A stretch of 64,000 bases of DNA from Camelus dromedarius (Eukaryota): NCBI RefSeq assembly GCF_036321535.1, contig NC_087462.1, positions 8,556,001-8,620,000 on the forward strand, in the 5' to 3' direction. Shown here piece by piece: positions 24,813-39,146 of this stretch. The notes under the pieces are model-generated. The model did no database searches. It had not been told where the DNA came from and saw only the letters and a list, made by a program, of their open reading frames with translations. A program made the translations under genes and the position numbers. Each line of letters starts with the position of its first letter. Position 1 is the stretch's first letter.

Positions 24813-26984
24813 GCAAACAAAAACATATTATTCCTTTCCGTTCCCATCTTTTGTTAACAGAAGTAGTTCAGGGACCCTCTTGACTCTTTCCCCTAGAGAC
24901 ATAGCCATGCACCAAGCAGCTACCTGCTCCCACCTTCCCCAATTCGTCACCTGAGCCACCTACTGACTCAGTCCTTACATGTCTCTGCAAATCATCATAT
25001 CCTTATTTGGCAAGAACTGTCATGAGGCTTAATGGTCCCAGTTTCGAGGGTAAGCTCCTAGTGTCACGGAGGCCTGGAAATAGCAAACCCATCTTGCTCT
25101 GAGAAGCCCCGGTGTAATTCTCCAGCTTTACCCCTCTTTCTGCTACGCTGAAGGAAGTAGTGAAGAATACGGACACTGGTGTCAGAAATCAGCTCAATCA
25201 CTGGTGCTGCCAAGTATTAGTTGAGAGACTTTAGCCAACTCATTGAACCTCTCTGTGCCTCAGTTTCCTTGAAATATAAAATGGTCTTAATTGGATGGTC
25301 ACTAGACTTATATTGTGGTGATCATTTTGCAATGTATACACAAATGCTATACATTTGAAACTCACATAATGTTGTATGTCAATTATATTTCCCTATTTTA
25401 AATGGTCATAATGACAGTTTTTAACCTCACAGGGCTATGAGAATTAAATGGGATAATCCATTTAAAGTGCTTAAGATAGTGTCTGGCACACAGTGAGCAC
25501 TCCATAAACAGGACAGATTTTGACCTGAGTAATTAGAAGTTTTATAAAGGAGAAGAACAACGTGTAATGGATGCATAAAACGAGGGAAATCTTACCCAGG
25601 GGGGAGGAGGTAGGTCATAAAAAGCTGCCCTAAAGATTCTGGCATTAAAGCTGTCACCTGAAATATGAACAGGAATAAGTTAGGTAAGAAAAAGGAGAGT
25701 GGGAAAGAATGTTTCAGGATGGGGGAATAGTCTGGGCAAAGGTTCTGAGGCAAGAGAGAAAGCGTATGGTGCACTTGGGAGGCTGAAAAACATTTTTAGG
25801 GTGGTAGTGGGTGAGGCTGGATAGGTGGCCAGGGATCCAGTTCTACAAATCAGATTCCTGTTAGGATGTGGTACATATGCCTCCTAGCTTGTACTCATTT
25901 AAATTGCCCCCCCCCACTTTATTCTGTATAATCCTCATTGTTTCCTGTCACCGGTCTCTGTTAGAAAGTCAGTTTCTTCCATCGGGAATCTCATTAGCAC
26001 TGATGGACAATTCTGCAATCCATCAGTATACTTGAGCGCTCAAGAACTGTCAGGATCAGTGGCCATGAGTACCAAATCCATCTTTAGTAATCAACAGATT
26101 CCAAAAGGCTCATCCCCTCCAGGACATTTACCAAATGCCTGGCCTAATGCCTTATAAACTGAGGAGAGGCTCCTCTGGGATTGATTTGGGTGGTCAGGGA
26201 GCTAGTTAGCTTTCTGAGTTCTGACACTGCCACCTGTAGCAATTGGAGGTCAAGGTGGGGAGATCCTATTCCGTTCCATTTGGAGGAAAGAGTCATTTTA
26301 AGACAGAAATCTGAGGGGCTGGATTCTACCTCTCTCTTTCCATTCACATCTTGGACAATTCCCCCGTCATCCTCCCACTGGCTCTTCACCAGCCCCAGGT
26401 CCCTTTGTCCTCATTGATTCTGTACCTGAGCCACTCTTTCTTATTACCACCCCTGTTCTACACATCTGCCCAGAAGATCCCACACCGGATTTCTATTAAT
26501 TTGGGTTAATCATATGACTGTAGTGGCTGGCACAAAATTTACCAACCCTGAATAATATAACTTAGTCAAACTTTCATTTATGACTTAATTTTTATCACTG
26601 CTGTTTCCCGTGGGGGTGTGATTAAGCAAGGCGTTATTAGCTACAAAACTGTGTGCTTAATACCAGCTCCTTTTTAATCTACCGTGATTTAGAGTGCATT
26701 CAAGCATGTCTCCCTCAGGGAAGTCTTCCCATGTCCCTTAGTAGCCTCAGTTGGTCTCCTTCAGTTCTCAGAGAACCATAGTTCTCTCCTTCAGCATACT
26801 TATTTCAGGTTTTGATTATGTATTCATTGGTTTGATTGTTTTGCTATTGACTTTCTCCACCCAGTAAATGAAGGTCCGTGACAGCGTGGACATTGTCTAA
26901 TTTTTCTCCATTATATTCACTATGCCTGGGACATAGTTGGCAGTTAATAAATGTAGCGAGAAGGAGGGGAAAAAATGAAGGAGA

Positions 26985-27062
26985 GAGGGAGGGAGGGAGG
27001 GAGGAAGGAAAGATTGAAGGAAGGAAGGAAGGGAGGAAGGAAGGAAGGGAGGGAGGGAGGAA
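26985..27062 (+). repeat. (GGAA/GGGA)n purine simple repeat
   Basis: Direct reading. Confidence 0.9.
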
Positions 27063-27141
27063 GTCCTACCTAAAAACGGTCCCCTTCCCATGTGGGGAAA
27101 AAACACTTTTTGTGTAACACCATTAAACATCCCCCTGGCAG

Positions 27142-27871
27142 GAACCCTCCTACATTGCTGGTGGGAATGCAGTATGGTGCAGCCACTGTGGAAAACAGTA
27201 TGGAGATTCCCCAAAAGACTAGGAGTAGACTTACCATATGACCCAGGAATCCCACTCCTGGGCATATATCCGGAAGGAACCCTACTTAANNNNNNNNNNN
27301 NNNNNNNNNNNNNNNNNNNNNNNNNNNNNNNNNNNNNNNNNNNNNNNNNNNNNNNNNNNNNNNNNNNNNNNNNNNNNNNNNNNNNNNNNNNNNNNNNNNN
27401 NNNNNNNNNNNNNNNNNNNNNNNNNNNNNNNNNNNNNNNNNNNNNNNNNNNNNNNNNNNNNNNNNNNNNNNNNNNNNNNNNCATTCTAAGGGAAGTAAGC
27501 CAGAAAGAGAAAGAAAAATACCATATGAGATCGCTTATTTGTGGAATCTAAAAAAAAACCAAAAGCAAACAAACAAAGCATAAATACAAAACAGAAACAG
27601 ACTCATAGACATAGAATACAAACTTGTGGTTGCCAAAGGGGCGGAGGGTGGGAAGGGATAGACAGGATTTCAAAATTGTAGAATAGATAAACAAGACTAT
27701 ACTGTATAGCACAGGGAAATATACACAAGATCTTATGATAGCTCACAGAGAAAGGAATGTGACAATGAATATATATATGTTCATGTATAACTGAAAAATT
27801 GTGCTCTACACTGGAATCTGACACAACATTGTAAAATGATTATAAATCAATAAAAAATGTTAAAAAAAAAA
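27142..27871 (+). mobile_element. 5'-truncated camelid-type L1 (ORF2 C-terminus and 3'UTR) with TSD
   Basis: gctggtgggaatgcagtatggtgcagccactgtggaaaacagtatgg...; TSD atccccctggcag at 27129-27141 and 27872-27884. Confidence 0.9.
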
Positions 27872-30489
27872 ATCCCCCTGGCAGAAGCAGCTCTATGTCT
27901 TGCCTGCAATCAGGAGTCCTTCATGAGGTCAGCATTTGGAAGGTCTGATTTCACATAGACATTTCCCACTTCTGATGAAAAGGCACCAAAAGGATTCAAT
28001 ATGTCATCACTAGATCCCCTTAAAATTCAAGATGTCTTATCAGTTGACAGGTAGCTTCAGCACTGGGATTGTCCCTCTGTGGAGAAATGGCTTTGTGCTG
28101 GCAATTCTATTGTAATCCCTCTTCCAGCCGTAATCTTCCACCCAGGCACCCTTTCATATACTCTCTGGGATTATCACCTGTATTTATTCCTATCTCTTTC
28201 CTCACCCATTTCTGAACACAAAAACGTATCCGTGACTCTTCATTGCAAGAATAACCACAATTGCTATTTCTGCTTGTTCATGGCACTAATGCACTATAAT
28301 TATTCTTTTATCTTTATCTCTTGCCTCATTAATAGCACAACCATTTCAGCCATCATTAATTGCGATTAAGTCATTGCATCCCACAGCATTGTGAACCTGT
28401 TCCCTCCCCAGGAGATTTGGCTCAGCCAAGTATCAGTTTCTGGCAACCTCTTTCCCTCTCCTCTCCTTCACTCTCGTCATGAAAAGAACGTACAATGCAC
28501 GCACCACATCTCCTCCAAAACACCAACAGGCAGCTAAAGCCAATCTCCTTGTGTACAGCAAAGAGGCAGGTGTACTGAGGTGTGGCAGGGGCTTCTCCAG
28601 GCAACACACCAGCTAGTGAAGATCAAATAGGAGTCTGCAGCTACGTCCAGGTCATGGATGTTGGCCATCTCAACTAGGAAGTGGTGTTGGAGGAAAAAAA
28701 GATGAATTCAAGTAGTTTTTTGGAGGCAAAAATAGAGCACTTTCTAAACAACAGACACTCTTCTAAGTGCTTTGAGTATATTAACTCCTCACAATATTCA
28801 AGTAAGGTGGGCGTTATTAGCTCTTATTCACAAACATTGAGCCACAAAGAGGTTACATAATTCAAGTCACTGGAGTCAGGCATCCAACCCAGACAGTTTG
28901 ATTCCAAAGCCCACATCTTTTTACCATTATCCTATTGTGCCTTTTGTTCAATTATTTACTTGCTATAGAGTGAAAATTGCCCACTTATTTGCATCTCTTC
29001 CACCTGCACCCCCTTACACATACACACAGGCACACTCTCATACACATATACGCCCATGCAGCAAATTGGTAGGGATGGGAGCAATTGAGACATATAGATG
29101 CCCAAGGGGTGGACCACGCCAGAGAATGTGGCTGGTCAGAGTGGGTGCACTCAGTCAAGATCAGAGAAAGAACTTCTTTGGTTGCCAACCTGCTTCAGGT
29201 CGCCTAACTCATTTATTCTGCTGAGCTCGTGCAACCTTCTTAATGCTCAATTTGTCCTCTTTGATTTCTTTTTCATTGATCTGACCCTCGAACCATGAAG
29301 GAAGGAAAGTAAGAGGATTCGGGAGTCTGAAACTGTTGTTCTCTGAGCCCAGTTGCATCACTGTTGAGCCAACTTAATTAACTTTTCTAAACCTCAGTTT
29401 TCTCCATGCAATCTCACAGTCATTATTGGGATTTGAGTTCCCATTGTTCAAATGCTCCATGTGGGTGCCTGAGAAATGACACCCAGTGTCATTTCCCTGT
29501 TGTATCGCAAGCTCAGTGACTTGCAAAACTTTGATACATTCAGGGAGGGAAGGACAGCCTGGGGCACATGGGTGTCTTCCTCGACTGTGGCCGACAAAAT
29601 CCTGCCTGACGAGATGCTGTCTCGTCCAGTCTTGCCAGGCACCCGTGGATTGTTTACCCCCCAAGGGAGCCTGGGAGGGTGAGAAGTTGCCAAGTCTTTG
29701 ATCAACACCCACTCCTTTCATCATAATAACAGCTCACTGCTGTGGCTCCCGACACAGGCAAAGGGGGACCCAGAGGTCAGGACCTGAGGTTCGAATGCAA
29801 CCATGGGCTGGTGTCACAGATGAGAACAGAGGCATTGAGAGAGAAAGGGCTCTATTGCTGCAAAGATGAATTCATGGATGTGCCTAGGAGGTGAGTGTGT
29901 GAGCTCTTTGAGTGCATGGCCAGTCTCTGGTCATGCGTGAAGGCAGAACATAGCCACCATGCCTCTGAACTCATAGACAAATAGCGCCCAGAAAGCGTGT
30001 GCCAGTTCAACAAAGCACTTCCCCTCACTTTCCTGCAAAACAGTCTGAGAGACTGAGCAGCTTGGGGACTGGGTGTCATCACCCCACATCTGGCTGAGAA
30101 AGAAGTCCACTCTGGGTCTGGGATGCCTTTGCTGATTGTCATTGTGAACAGTGTCAACCCACACCTGGACACTGATCTTTTATTGATTGAAACCCAGTAT
30201 GGAATAAAGCAGTGGTTTGCAAGCTTCATTGCACATCACAGCCCCCTGGGGCTTTTAAAAATCCTATGGCACCATACACTATACATTACATGGTCCTCTG
30301 TGTCTGACTCCTTGCACTTGAGCACGATGCTTTCAAGGTCCATCAATATTGTTGTATGTATCAGAGCTTCACTCTTTATGACTGAACAATATCCCATTAT
30401 ATGGATATAGCATATTTTGTTTAGGCATTCATCCATGGATGGACGTTCGGGTTGCTTCCACCCTGCGGTTAGTGTGAGTAAGAATAGGC

Positions 30490-30931
30490 AAACGGATGCA
30501 GCAGCCTGGTGGACCTAAAGATTCATTATAGTGAGTGAAGTAAGTCAGACAGAGAAAGACAAATATCACGTGATACCACTTTTATGTCAAATCTAAAGAG
30601 AAATGATACAAATTCTACTTACAAACTAAAACCAGACTCACTGACATAAAAAACAAACTATGGTTACCAAAGGGGAGAGGGTGGGGAGGGATTAATTAGG
30701 GGTTGGGGATTAACAGACTCACACTACTATATATAAAATAGATAAACAACAAGGACCTACTGTATAGCGCAGGGAACTATATTCAATTTCTCGTAATAAC
30801 ATAGTGGCAGGGGGAGGGTATAGCTCAAGTGGTAGAGCGCATGCTTAGCATGCATAAGGTCCTGGGTTCAATCCCCAGTACCTCCTCTAAGAATAAATAG
30901 ATAAATAAACCAAATTACCTCCTCCTACCAA

Positions 30932-30962
<31 letters not shown>

Positions 30963-31075
30963 TACTGGAAAAGAATGTGAAAAGAAAATAAATATGTATG
31001 TATATGTATAAGTGAATCATTTTGCCATACACCTGAAACTAACATTGTAAATCAGCTACACTTCAATAAAAAAAA
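30490..31075 (+). mobile_element. L1 3' end interrupted by a Vic-1 SINE
   Basis: gtgaagtaagtcagacagagaaagacaaat...aaggacctactgtatagcgcagggaactat | SINE | ggaaaagaatgtgaaaag...cttcaataaaa. Confidence 0.8.
30810..30940 (+). mobile_element. Vic-1-type SINE followed by (TA)n
   Basis: ggggagggtatagctcaagtggtagagcgcatgcttagcatgcataaggtcctgggttcaatccccagtacctcc. Confidence 0.9.
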
Positions 31076-34000
31076 TTTTTTAAGAAAAAGAAAAAAATGT
31101 TTTAAAGAATAGATAAATGTATATAGACAGAAATAATCCAGAGTTACAGTTGCAAGGGCTGGGAGAAGTGGAGAATGGACTGCTTAATGGGTATGGATAT
31201 GGGGTTTCCCTTTGGGGTGACGAAAATGTTCTGGAACTAGATAGAAGTGATGGTTGCACAACACTGTAAATGCACTCAGGGCTACTGAACTGTACCTTTT
31301 AGAATGGTTACAATGGTAAATTTTATGTTACTTATGGCTTACGCGCCACTAAATCTGTTGGGCCCCAACTAGACCAGATCTCTGGGATTGGGAGCCAGGC
31401 ATTAATATTTATTTAAACTCCCTCAGTGATTCCAAAGTGCAGCCAAGCTAGAGAACCAGTGGTATAAAGAAAAGAGGAAGAACCACTTGAATTAAACACC
31501 TACACTTCCCAGGATGTGGTAAGTGCCATTTCCTCCAAGACCTACCCTGACTATGCTCTCACCACTCCTGGTCATTTCTTGTCACCCCCATCTGGTCTGT
31601 TCCCATTTTAAATGCATGTCGCCATCAAATTATCTTGTTCGTTCATTTGTTGAGTTATTATCTGTCCCTTCCCACAAAACCAATGGTGTTCGACCTTGCA
31701 ATGCATTCAAATCACCTGATTTTTAAAAATGCCAGTGTCAGAACCCCAGCTTGATCACTTAAATCAGAATCTTCTGGAGGAGGGTCCAGGCATCTGGAGC
31801 TCCCCCAAGTAACTGCAAAGTGCAGCCATGGAGGAGAAGCACTACCCTGCAACGTAAGCCTGGGAGGACTGTGTCTACAGCTTCGAGAACTGCAGCTGAC
31901 CCAGAGCCTGCCGAATGGTCAGGTGATGTCAGGCCACTTACAGAAATTATTTCATTTCATCCTCATAACAGTATCTCCAAGTAGGTTTTAACAGGTGAGG
32001 CGATTCTTTCCCAGAAAAGTTGAATGATGGGCCTGCAACCAAGCCAGAATGGGGACATAGTCTAGGAACAGCCCAGCCAGCTTTCTGTGCTAAACCAAGT
32101 CAGGGGTCTCCTGCCAGCTCCTCCTGTATCCTCTGTTTATGGGCTGTCTGAATCCCCCCAGGAGAACTCCATGAAGACAGTTCACCATCAGAAGATAAAA
32201 TAATAAAATGTTATCGAGTAATAAGATTAGATAACTATTGAATTAGGAATAATAAATATAATTCAACTTAATTAGTTGATTAATTAACAGTTGCTCCAGT
32301 CCACGGTGACATATCCTCTCCTGCCTTATCATCCTGGTTCATACGCCAGTAAGACTTCTTGAGTCCCCATCCCTAACCTCAAGTCTTGTGTTAGGTGTGT
32401 TCATACTACAGTCTTGATGAGGGAGATGGTATAGTCCTAGTTCATACTTGCAGGGTTAAGGAGCATGAGTATCAATTCTGAAAAGGTCAGGCTCCCAATT
32501 CAAGGACCTTTACTGAAAGTTTTCCAGAAGCCATGCTGGGTGTGGCTCACATACTCAATAGCCAACTGTCCTTGGGGGAAGGAAGGCATCAAGCCAGCAT
32601 TATCAGAGCAATGTGAGTGCCCAGTAGACTGCAGAGAGCCCTGGAAATTGGGATCTGACCTGCTCCAGGGAGGGTCCAGGGAGGGTTCAGGGATGGCTTC
32701 CAGCAGAAGCTTCATTTCATCTGAGATCCAATTGATCGTTTAACAATCAAAAGTTACCAAATTGCACCCCAGCTCAGAATTCCTCAATGGATTCCCACTG
32801 CCTATTGGATAGGGGACCAATTCATTCTGCTTTGCCTGGGACTTCTCCAGGCTTTTTCACACTTAAATCCCTACATCAGTCCTGGATAAACCAGAATGGT
32901 TGTTCTTCCTACAACCCAACCAAATCCAGACTCCCTAGAGGAGCCTCAAGTCCCTTCATGATCTCACTCCTCCCTAGACTCACGTCTCACTTTTCACTCC
33001 CTGAACTCAACACTCACCTGGACTCACCTCTCACCACCATCACTTACACTAGCCACACGGAAGCCGGCATGGTACCTTGGAACCACTGATATCTCTCATT
33101 GACCTCTGCTATTGCCTATGCTGGGATCTCTCTGCATAGGCTGCCTCCCCCAGAGGCCCACCTGGAAAGCACCAACTCACTCTTTTGGTCTCTGATGAAA
33201 TGCCAGCTCCTTGGGTAGCCAACCTGCAACCCTGTAACCTTATGCATGCACCCCTCCATGGAGTCTTTAACCAGGTTGTCTTCCTCTGGCTAATTGTCAG
33301 ATAACCCTGATCTATATAATTAATCTATTTAACTGGATTAATTAACTAACAGTTACTCCAGCCTGTAGTGACACATCCTTCTCTCACCCACTGACCCCAT
33401 GTAAATATGTATCTCAGAAGAGACAGGACCTTCCGAAGTCATGTCATTGATGGACTGAGGAGGAATTAATGAGGAACCATCTCTGCAACACTCCCTTTCA
33501 AGAGACAACTGGACTTGCCAACATATTTATTCACCCAGCTCTTCCCTCTTGTGACTGACTGTGGCTCTGAGTGAAATGTTCACACGTAGTCCCCACCTCA
33601 GGGATTGGTCTATCTGGGCCCACATGCTTTCCTGAAGAAAAATGACCTCAGGAGACACCCTCTTCAACCCTGTGCACATGAGGTCGGACCCTCTTAAGTA
33701 CTTTCTCTTAGACACTCAGTGGTGTGCTGCAGCCAACTCTTCCCACCTCCACATTCAGTGATGTCACGTTGGTAACTTAAAATCAGCCACCATGGGAGTG
33801 TTTACACCACAGCATTTGACAAACACCCCAAGCCAGGACTTTCTTGCTTTTGTGGTTTGTTTGTTGTTTGTTTAGAGCAAACCAGTTGTTAAACATTTTC
33901 CAGCACATCATTGCAAACACCTGCACTCCCAATTTCTTCCCCATAGATCTGGTCTTCTTAACTTACCAGACTCTAGGAAAGAACAAGATTTCAAGAAGGA

Positions 34001-35162
34001 AGAAGATGCATAGCTTAGCTAAAATGTCTGGCATGGGATGAGGATCAGATCTTGGGTCCAGTCTGATTAAGTCATTCTCTGGTTTTTGTTTCTCCTCCAG
34101 TAAACAATGTGTGCTTTTTAACATCGTCACAGGACAAAGTGACATCATGTTTGGAAAAATGAGTTTTGACAGATTCACACAATGGAACACTACAAAGCAC
34201 ACGTCCTCGGCAAGAGCAGTATTTTACCTCCACAAGGGCAAAAACTGGTCTGGGGGAGTAAAAAATATACAGATATACATACAACATACAGATATAAATA
34301 GAGATAGATATATAGATAGATGGTAGGTAGGAAGGTAGATACACAGAGTATATATGTGATATTAGATTTCATGGAGTGGCAATTAAGAAAAGTGTCTAAA
34401 ATGGCTTCTGGCAGAGGCAGTAATGAAAAAAAGATGGAGAAATAAAGCAATAAGATTGAAGATCTACAGACACGTGCAAAAAAACGGCTGAATCTCACAC
34501 AATTAATGTTGAGTGAATGTAGTCAGACACGAAAAGAATATACTGTGTGATTTCATTCACATAAAGTACCAAAAACAGGTAAAGTTCATCTATAGTGTTC
34601 TGTATCAAAGAGATTGTTCAGCAAAGCAGGAGTAGGGGGGGGTAGGGACAGGAATCAGATCACATTCTTTTTCTTGATCAGGTCCTGGTTGCGTGGATAT
34701 GTTCAGTGAATGAAAATTCATTGAGCTCCACACTTACGATTTCTGCTCTTTTTACTGCAGCACAATAAATGGAAGTTATTCTTCAATTAAAAATTTTTTA
34801 CGAAAACTAAAAATGAGTTTTTCATAAGGACTCCCATGGAAAGATGACTCAGACATAATTAAGTGAACAAAGCAGGTAACAGGACAATTTGGTAGAGTGA
34901 GCCAACATGTGTAATAGCTACAAATGTGTAAGCCAATGCAGAAATGGAGATTTGGAGAAAAACCGCCCAGTCTGGTGCCTGGTTACCTGTAAACAAAAGG
35001 ATGAATTAGGGGAATGAGAATGTTCNNNNNNNNNNNNNNNNNNNNNNNNNNNNNNNNNNNNNNNNNNNNNNNNNNNNNNNNNNNNNNNNNNNNNNNNNNN
35101 NNNNNNNNNNNNNNNNNNNNNNNNNNNNNNNNNNNNNNNNNNNNNNNNNNNNNNNNNNNNNN

Positions 35163-35750
35163 ATTTTTTCATTATAGGTTACAACAAGGTATTGAATATA
35201 GTTCCCTGTGCTATACAGTATAAATTTATTGTTTATATAGTTTATATGTAGTAGTTAATATCTTCAAATCTCAAACTCCCAATTTATCCCTTCCCACACT
35301 TTTCCCCTCCCTAGCAACCATAAGTTTGTTTTCCATGTCTGTGAGTCTGTTTCTGTTTTGTAAATAAGTTCATTTGACTTTTTTTAAGATTCCACATGTA
35401 AGTGATATCATACAGTATTTTTCTTTCTCTTCTTGGCTTTNNNNNNNNNNNNNNNNNNNNNNNNNNNNNNNNNNNNNNNNNNNNNNNNNNNNNNNNNNNN
35501 NNNNNNNNNNNNNNNNNNNNNNNNNNNNNNNNNNNNNNNNNNNNNNNNNNNNNNNNNNNNNNNNNNNNNNNNNNNNNNNNNNNNNNNNNNNNNNNNNNNN
35601 NNNNNNNNNNNNNNNNNNNNNNNNNNNNNNNNNNNNNNNNNNTTTTGAATTAAAATTCCCTCTGGAAATATGTCCCAGGAGTGGGATTGTTGGATTATAG
35701 GGTAAGTCTATTTTTAGTCTTTTGAGGGGTCTCCATACTGTTTTCCATAA
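35163..35750 (-). mobile_element. L1 3' end (antisense), partly N-masked
   Basis: ttgaatatagttccctgtgctatacagta...gattccacatgtaagtgatatcatac...ctccatactgttttccat. Confidence 0.8.
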
Positions 35751-35900
35751 ATGTTTCTTTTTGAAGNNNNNNNNNNNNNNNNNNNNNNNNNNNNNNNNNN
35801 NNNNNNNNNNNNNNNNNNNNNNNNNNNNNNNNNNNNNNNNNNNNNNNNNNNNNNNNNNNNNNNNNNNNNNNNNNNNNNNNNNNNNNNNNNNNNNNNNNNN

Positions 35901-36250
35901 AAATAAGGGAATTTTGCTAAGTGAAATAAGTTGAACAGAGAAAGACGAATACCATATGTTGTCACTTACATGTGGAATCTAAAAAATACATCAAACAAAA
36001 AAGAAGCAGACTCACAGATATAAAGAATAAACGAGTGGTTATCAGTGGGGAGGGGGAAGGGGAAATGAGAACTATAAGGGTCGGGGAGTGAGAGGTACAA
36101 ACTATTGGGTGTAAGATAGGCTCAGGGAGGTTTTGTACAACACGGGGAATACAGCCAATATTTTGTTATAACTCTAAATGGAGTGTTACCTTTAAAATTG
36201 AATTTTTTAATTTTTAATAAAATGAAAGTAAATTGAATTTAAAAGTAAAA
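35901..36250 (+). mobile_element. L1 3' end (sense)
   Basis: gctaagtgaaataag..gacgaataccatatg...aggtacaaactattgggtgtaagataggctc...aataaaat. Confidence 0.75.
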
Positions 36251-37618
36251 TAAAATTAACATTGAAAAAGAATAGAAGAGGAAGGTCATAAGGAAGAGAA
36301 GAGAGATTGAATCAGCTGTGAAGCATCAGTTGAGGCAGCTGGACCAGACCCTCTGAGGCTGGACCCTCCTAGATTTGAATATCAACTAGACTAACTACTG
36401 GTTGGGTGACCTTAGGCAGTCCTTTCGCCTTTGTGAGTCTCAGTTTCTTCGTCTGTAAAATGGGAGCAACAATGCTGATCTCTTAGGGCAATTGAGGACT
36501 CGGTGAGATGATAAACAAGGGAAGTTGGCATTATCCACAGTTGAATGTGGAAGGGATGGAAGCAAGTGTAATGATGGAAATGTTGGATCAATGAGACAAG
36601 TAAGCTGGACCTGGGGGGCGCTTTGTGGTTGGGCTGGCATAAAAGCCCTGACTAATCTGATGCTCCGATTCAGCCTCCTTAGCCCAAGGGTGTCGGCTGA
36701 GCTTCACCATCAATTCCATGGGCATTTGTTTCTATTTCCTCACACAGGCTGTGCCAAGGGTGTGTCCCTTCTGTCATAAGGTTTCTTGAGCAACAGAAAA
36801 CTTACTGGCAATAAAGGCCCAGACAGCTGTGCTTCCCAGTTCATATGCTTGTCAGCAGAAAACCGGGAAGGTCCCACTCGAAGGTCAGCACGTGGGCCTG
36901 ACCCCTCCTCGGTGCCCAGCTCTGTGGGCAGCTAGGAGAGTGGTGGGACAGCCTGGCTTTAAGGAGCAACTACTTCTAGATTCAGTAAGTGATTTGGAAA
37001 ATATTAGGTCTTCTCTAACTCTGTCTCGCTCCTTCTCTCTCCCCTCCCCCCTTCTCCCTGCATGAATGGATGCTCTGGCCAGTTTGGGCCAAATTGAAGA
37101 AATTTCCACATCTATCCATCCACATCATCCTTTCTTTCATTCATTCATTTGTGGTTTTGTTTGCTTGTTTGTTTACTCATAAATTCTCCTTGACACCAGG
37201 TCTGTGTCCATTCCCACACTGGTGACCCTGATGGAGACAGAGATAAAGAAGTAAGGCTTTCAACCCTAAAAATGGAGCTGTCCATTCAGCCACTAAAATA
37301 AAAATCAAAAGCACTGCTATAGCACAAGTATAAACAGGCAGCGCTGTGGGAGCCCAGACAAGGGAGAGGCGGGTTCCAGTGGGTTAACAGGGGTCGTAAA
37401 ACCTACCTTGCTGTGCCATTGCTGTAAAGCATCTAGTGCTCTTTCTAGGTCCTTTTCAAATGGGAAGAGTGAGTCTCAGAAAGAAGAGTGAGATGCTCAG
37501 GGTCACACAGCTGGGAAGCGGCCAAGGTAGGAGTTGATTCTGAATTGGCTCCAGACTCCATGCTCATTCCACTTTCTCGAAGTATTTGGCTCCTCCTTCT
37601 TCATAGCACTGGTTCCAC

Positions 37619-37622
<4 letters not shown>

Positions 37623-37655
<33 letters not shown>
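37623..37655 (+). repeat. (TG)16 microsatellite upstream of CASP14 coding exons
   Basis: Direct reading. Confidence 0.95.
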
Positions 37656-37657
<2 letters not shown>

Positions 37658-38269
37658 CCAGGGAGGAAAGAGAGAGATTTAATGTTCATTCTGTCCTAGA
37701 CTAGAGCTACATGAGGGCGGGGATCATGTCTGTCTTTCAGGTAGTGTTCTCCAAGTGCCTAGTACATAATAGACACCCAGAAAATATTTGCTGGGTAGAT
37801 AGATATATGGATGATTGGATGGATAAGTAGATGGAAGGATGGATCAATAGATCNNNNNNNNNNNNNNNNNNNNNNNNNNNNNNNNNNNNNNNNNNNNNNN
37901 NNNNNNNNNNNNNNNNNNNNNNNNNNNNNNNNNNNNNNNNNNNNNNNNNNNNNNNNNNNNNNNNNNNNNNNNNNNNNNNNNNNNNNNNCAGACCTGATCC
38001 CCCCTAAATTGGCAGAGAAGGGTCTTGACTAGTAAAGAAGCACTCCAGGCTGAGAAGAAAATGTAAGAAAAGGTCAAGAGATGAAAAAATGCCAAGAATA
38101 TGGCAAAATTCAGTCTGTCCAGCCAGAGAGTAGAACAAGACTCAGAGATGAGAATGAAGAACTTAGATATTCATGCTCAAGGTAGAGAGAGGGAGATGGA
38201 TTGATCTGTTCAGATTGGAGACCTGCTGGAGCAAAGTAGTGTTCCCCACTTTGATGACATTCTCATATT

Positions 38270-39146
38270 ATTTTTTCCAGTTTTATTGAGATATAATGGA
38301 GATATAGCACGATGTAAGTTTAAGGTGTACAACACAACGATCTGATTTACATTCATCATGAAGTGATTATCATAATGAGTTTAGTGTGCATCCATCATCT
38401 CGTATTAAAGAAAATTTCAGTATAGTCAGTTTACAATGTTGTGTCAATTTCTGGTGTACAGCACAATTCTTTAGTCATATAAGAACATACAGATATTCAT
38501 TTTCATATTCTTTTTCACCATAAGTTACTACAAGATATTGAATATAGTTCCTTGTGCTACACAGTATAAACTTGTTGTTTATCTATTTTATATATAGTAG
38601 TTAGTATCTGCAAATCTCTAACTCTCAATTTATCTCTTCCCACTCCCTTCCCCTCTTGGTAACCATAAGTTTGTTTTTTACGTCTGTGGGTCTGTTTTTG
38701 TTTTGTAAATAAGTTCATTTGTCTTTCTTTTTTTTTTTTAGATTCTACATACAAGTGATACCATATGGTATTTTTCTTTCTCTTTCTGACTTACTTCANN
38801 NNNNNNNNNNNNNNNNNNNNNNNNNNNNNNNNNNNNNNNNNNNNNNNNNNNNNNNNNNNNNNNNNNNNNNNNNNNNNNNNNNNNNNNNNNNNNNNNNNNN
38901 NNNNNNNNNNNNNNNNNNNNNNNNNNNNNNNNNNNNNNNNNNNNNNNNNNNNNNNNNNNNNNNNNNNNNNNNNNNNNNNNNNNAATTCAAAAAGATACAT
39001 GCACACTGTACTTTTCATACCCATGACTCATTTATTTTGTAACTGGAAGTTTGTACCTGTTGATCTCCCTCACCTATTTCTCTCACCCCTCTCACCTCTC
39101 CTCCCCTCTGGCAACCACCTGTTTGTTGTCCATATCTATAACTCTG
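38270..39146 (-). mobile_element. Nested antisense L1 3'-end fragments
   Basis: ccagttttattgagatataa..., ttgaatatagttccttgtgctacacag..., ctggcaaccacctgtttgttgtc. Confidence 0.75.
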
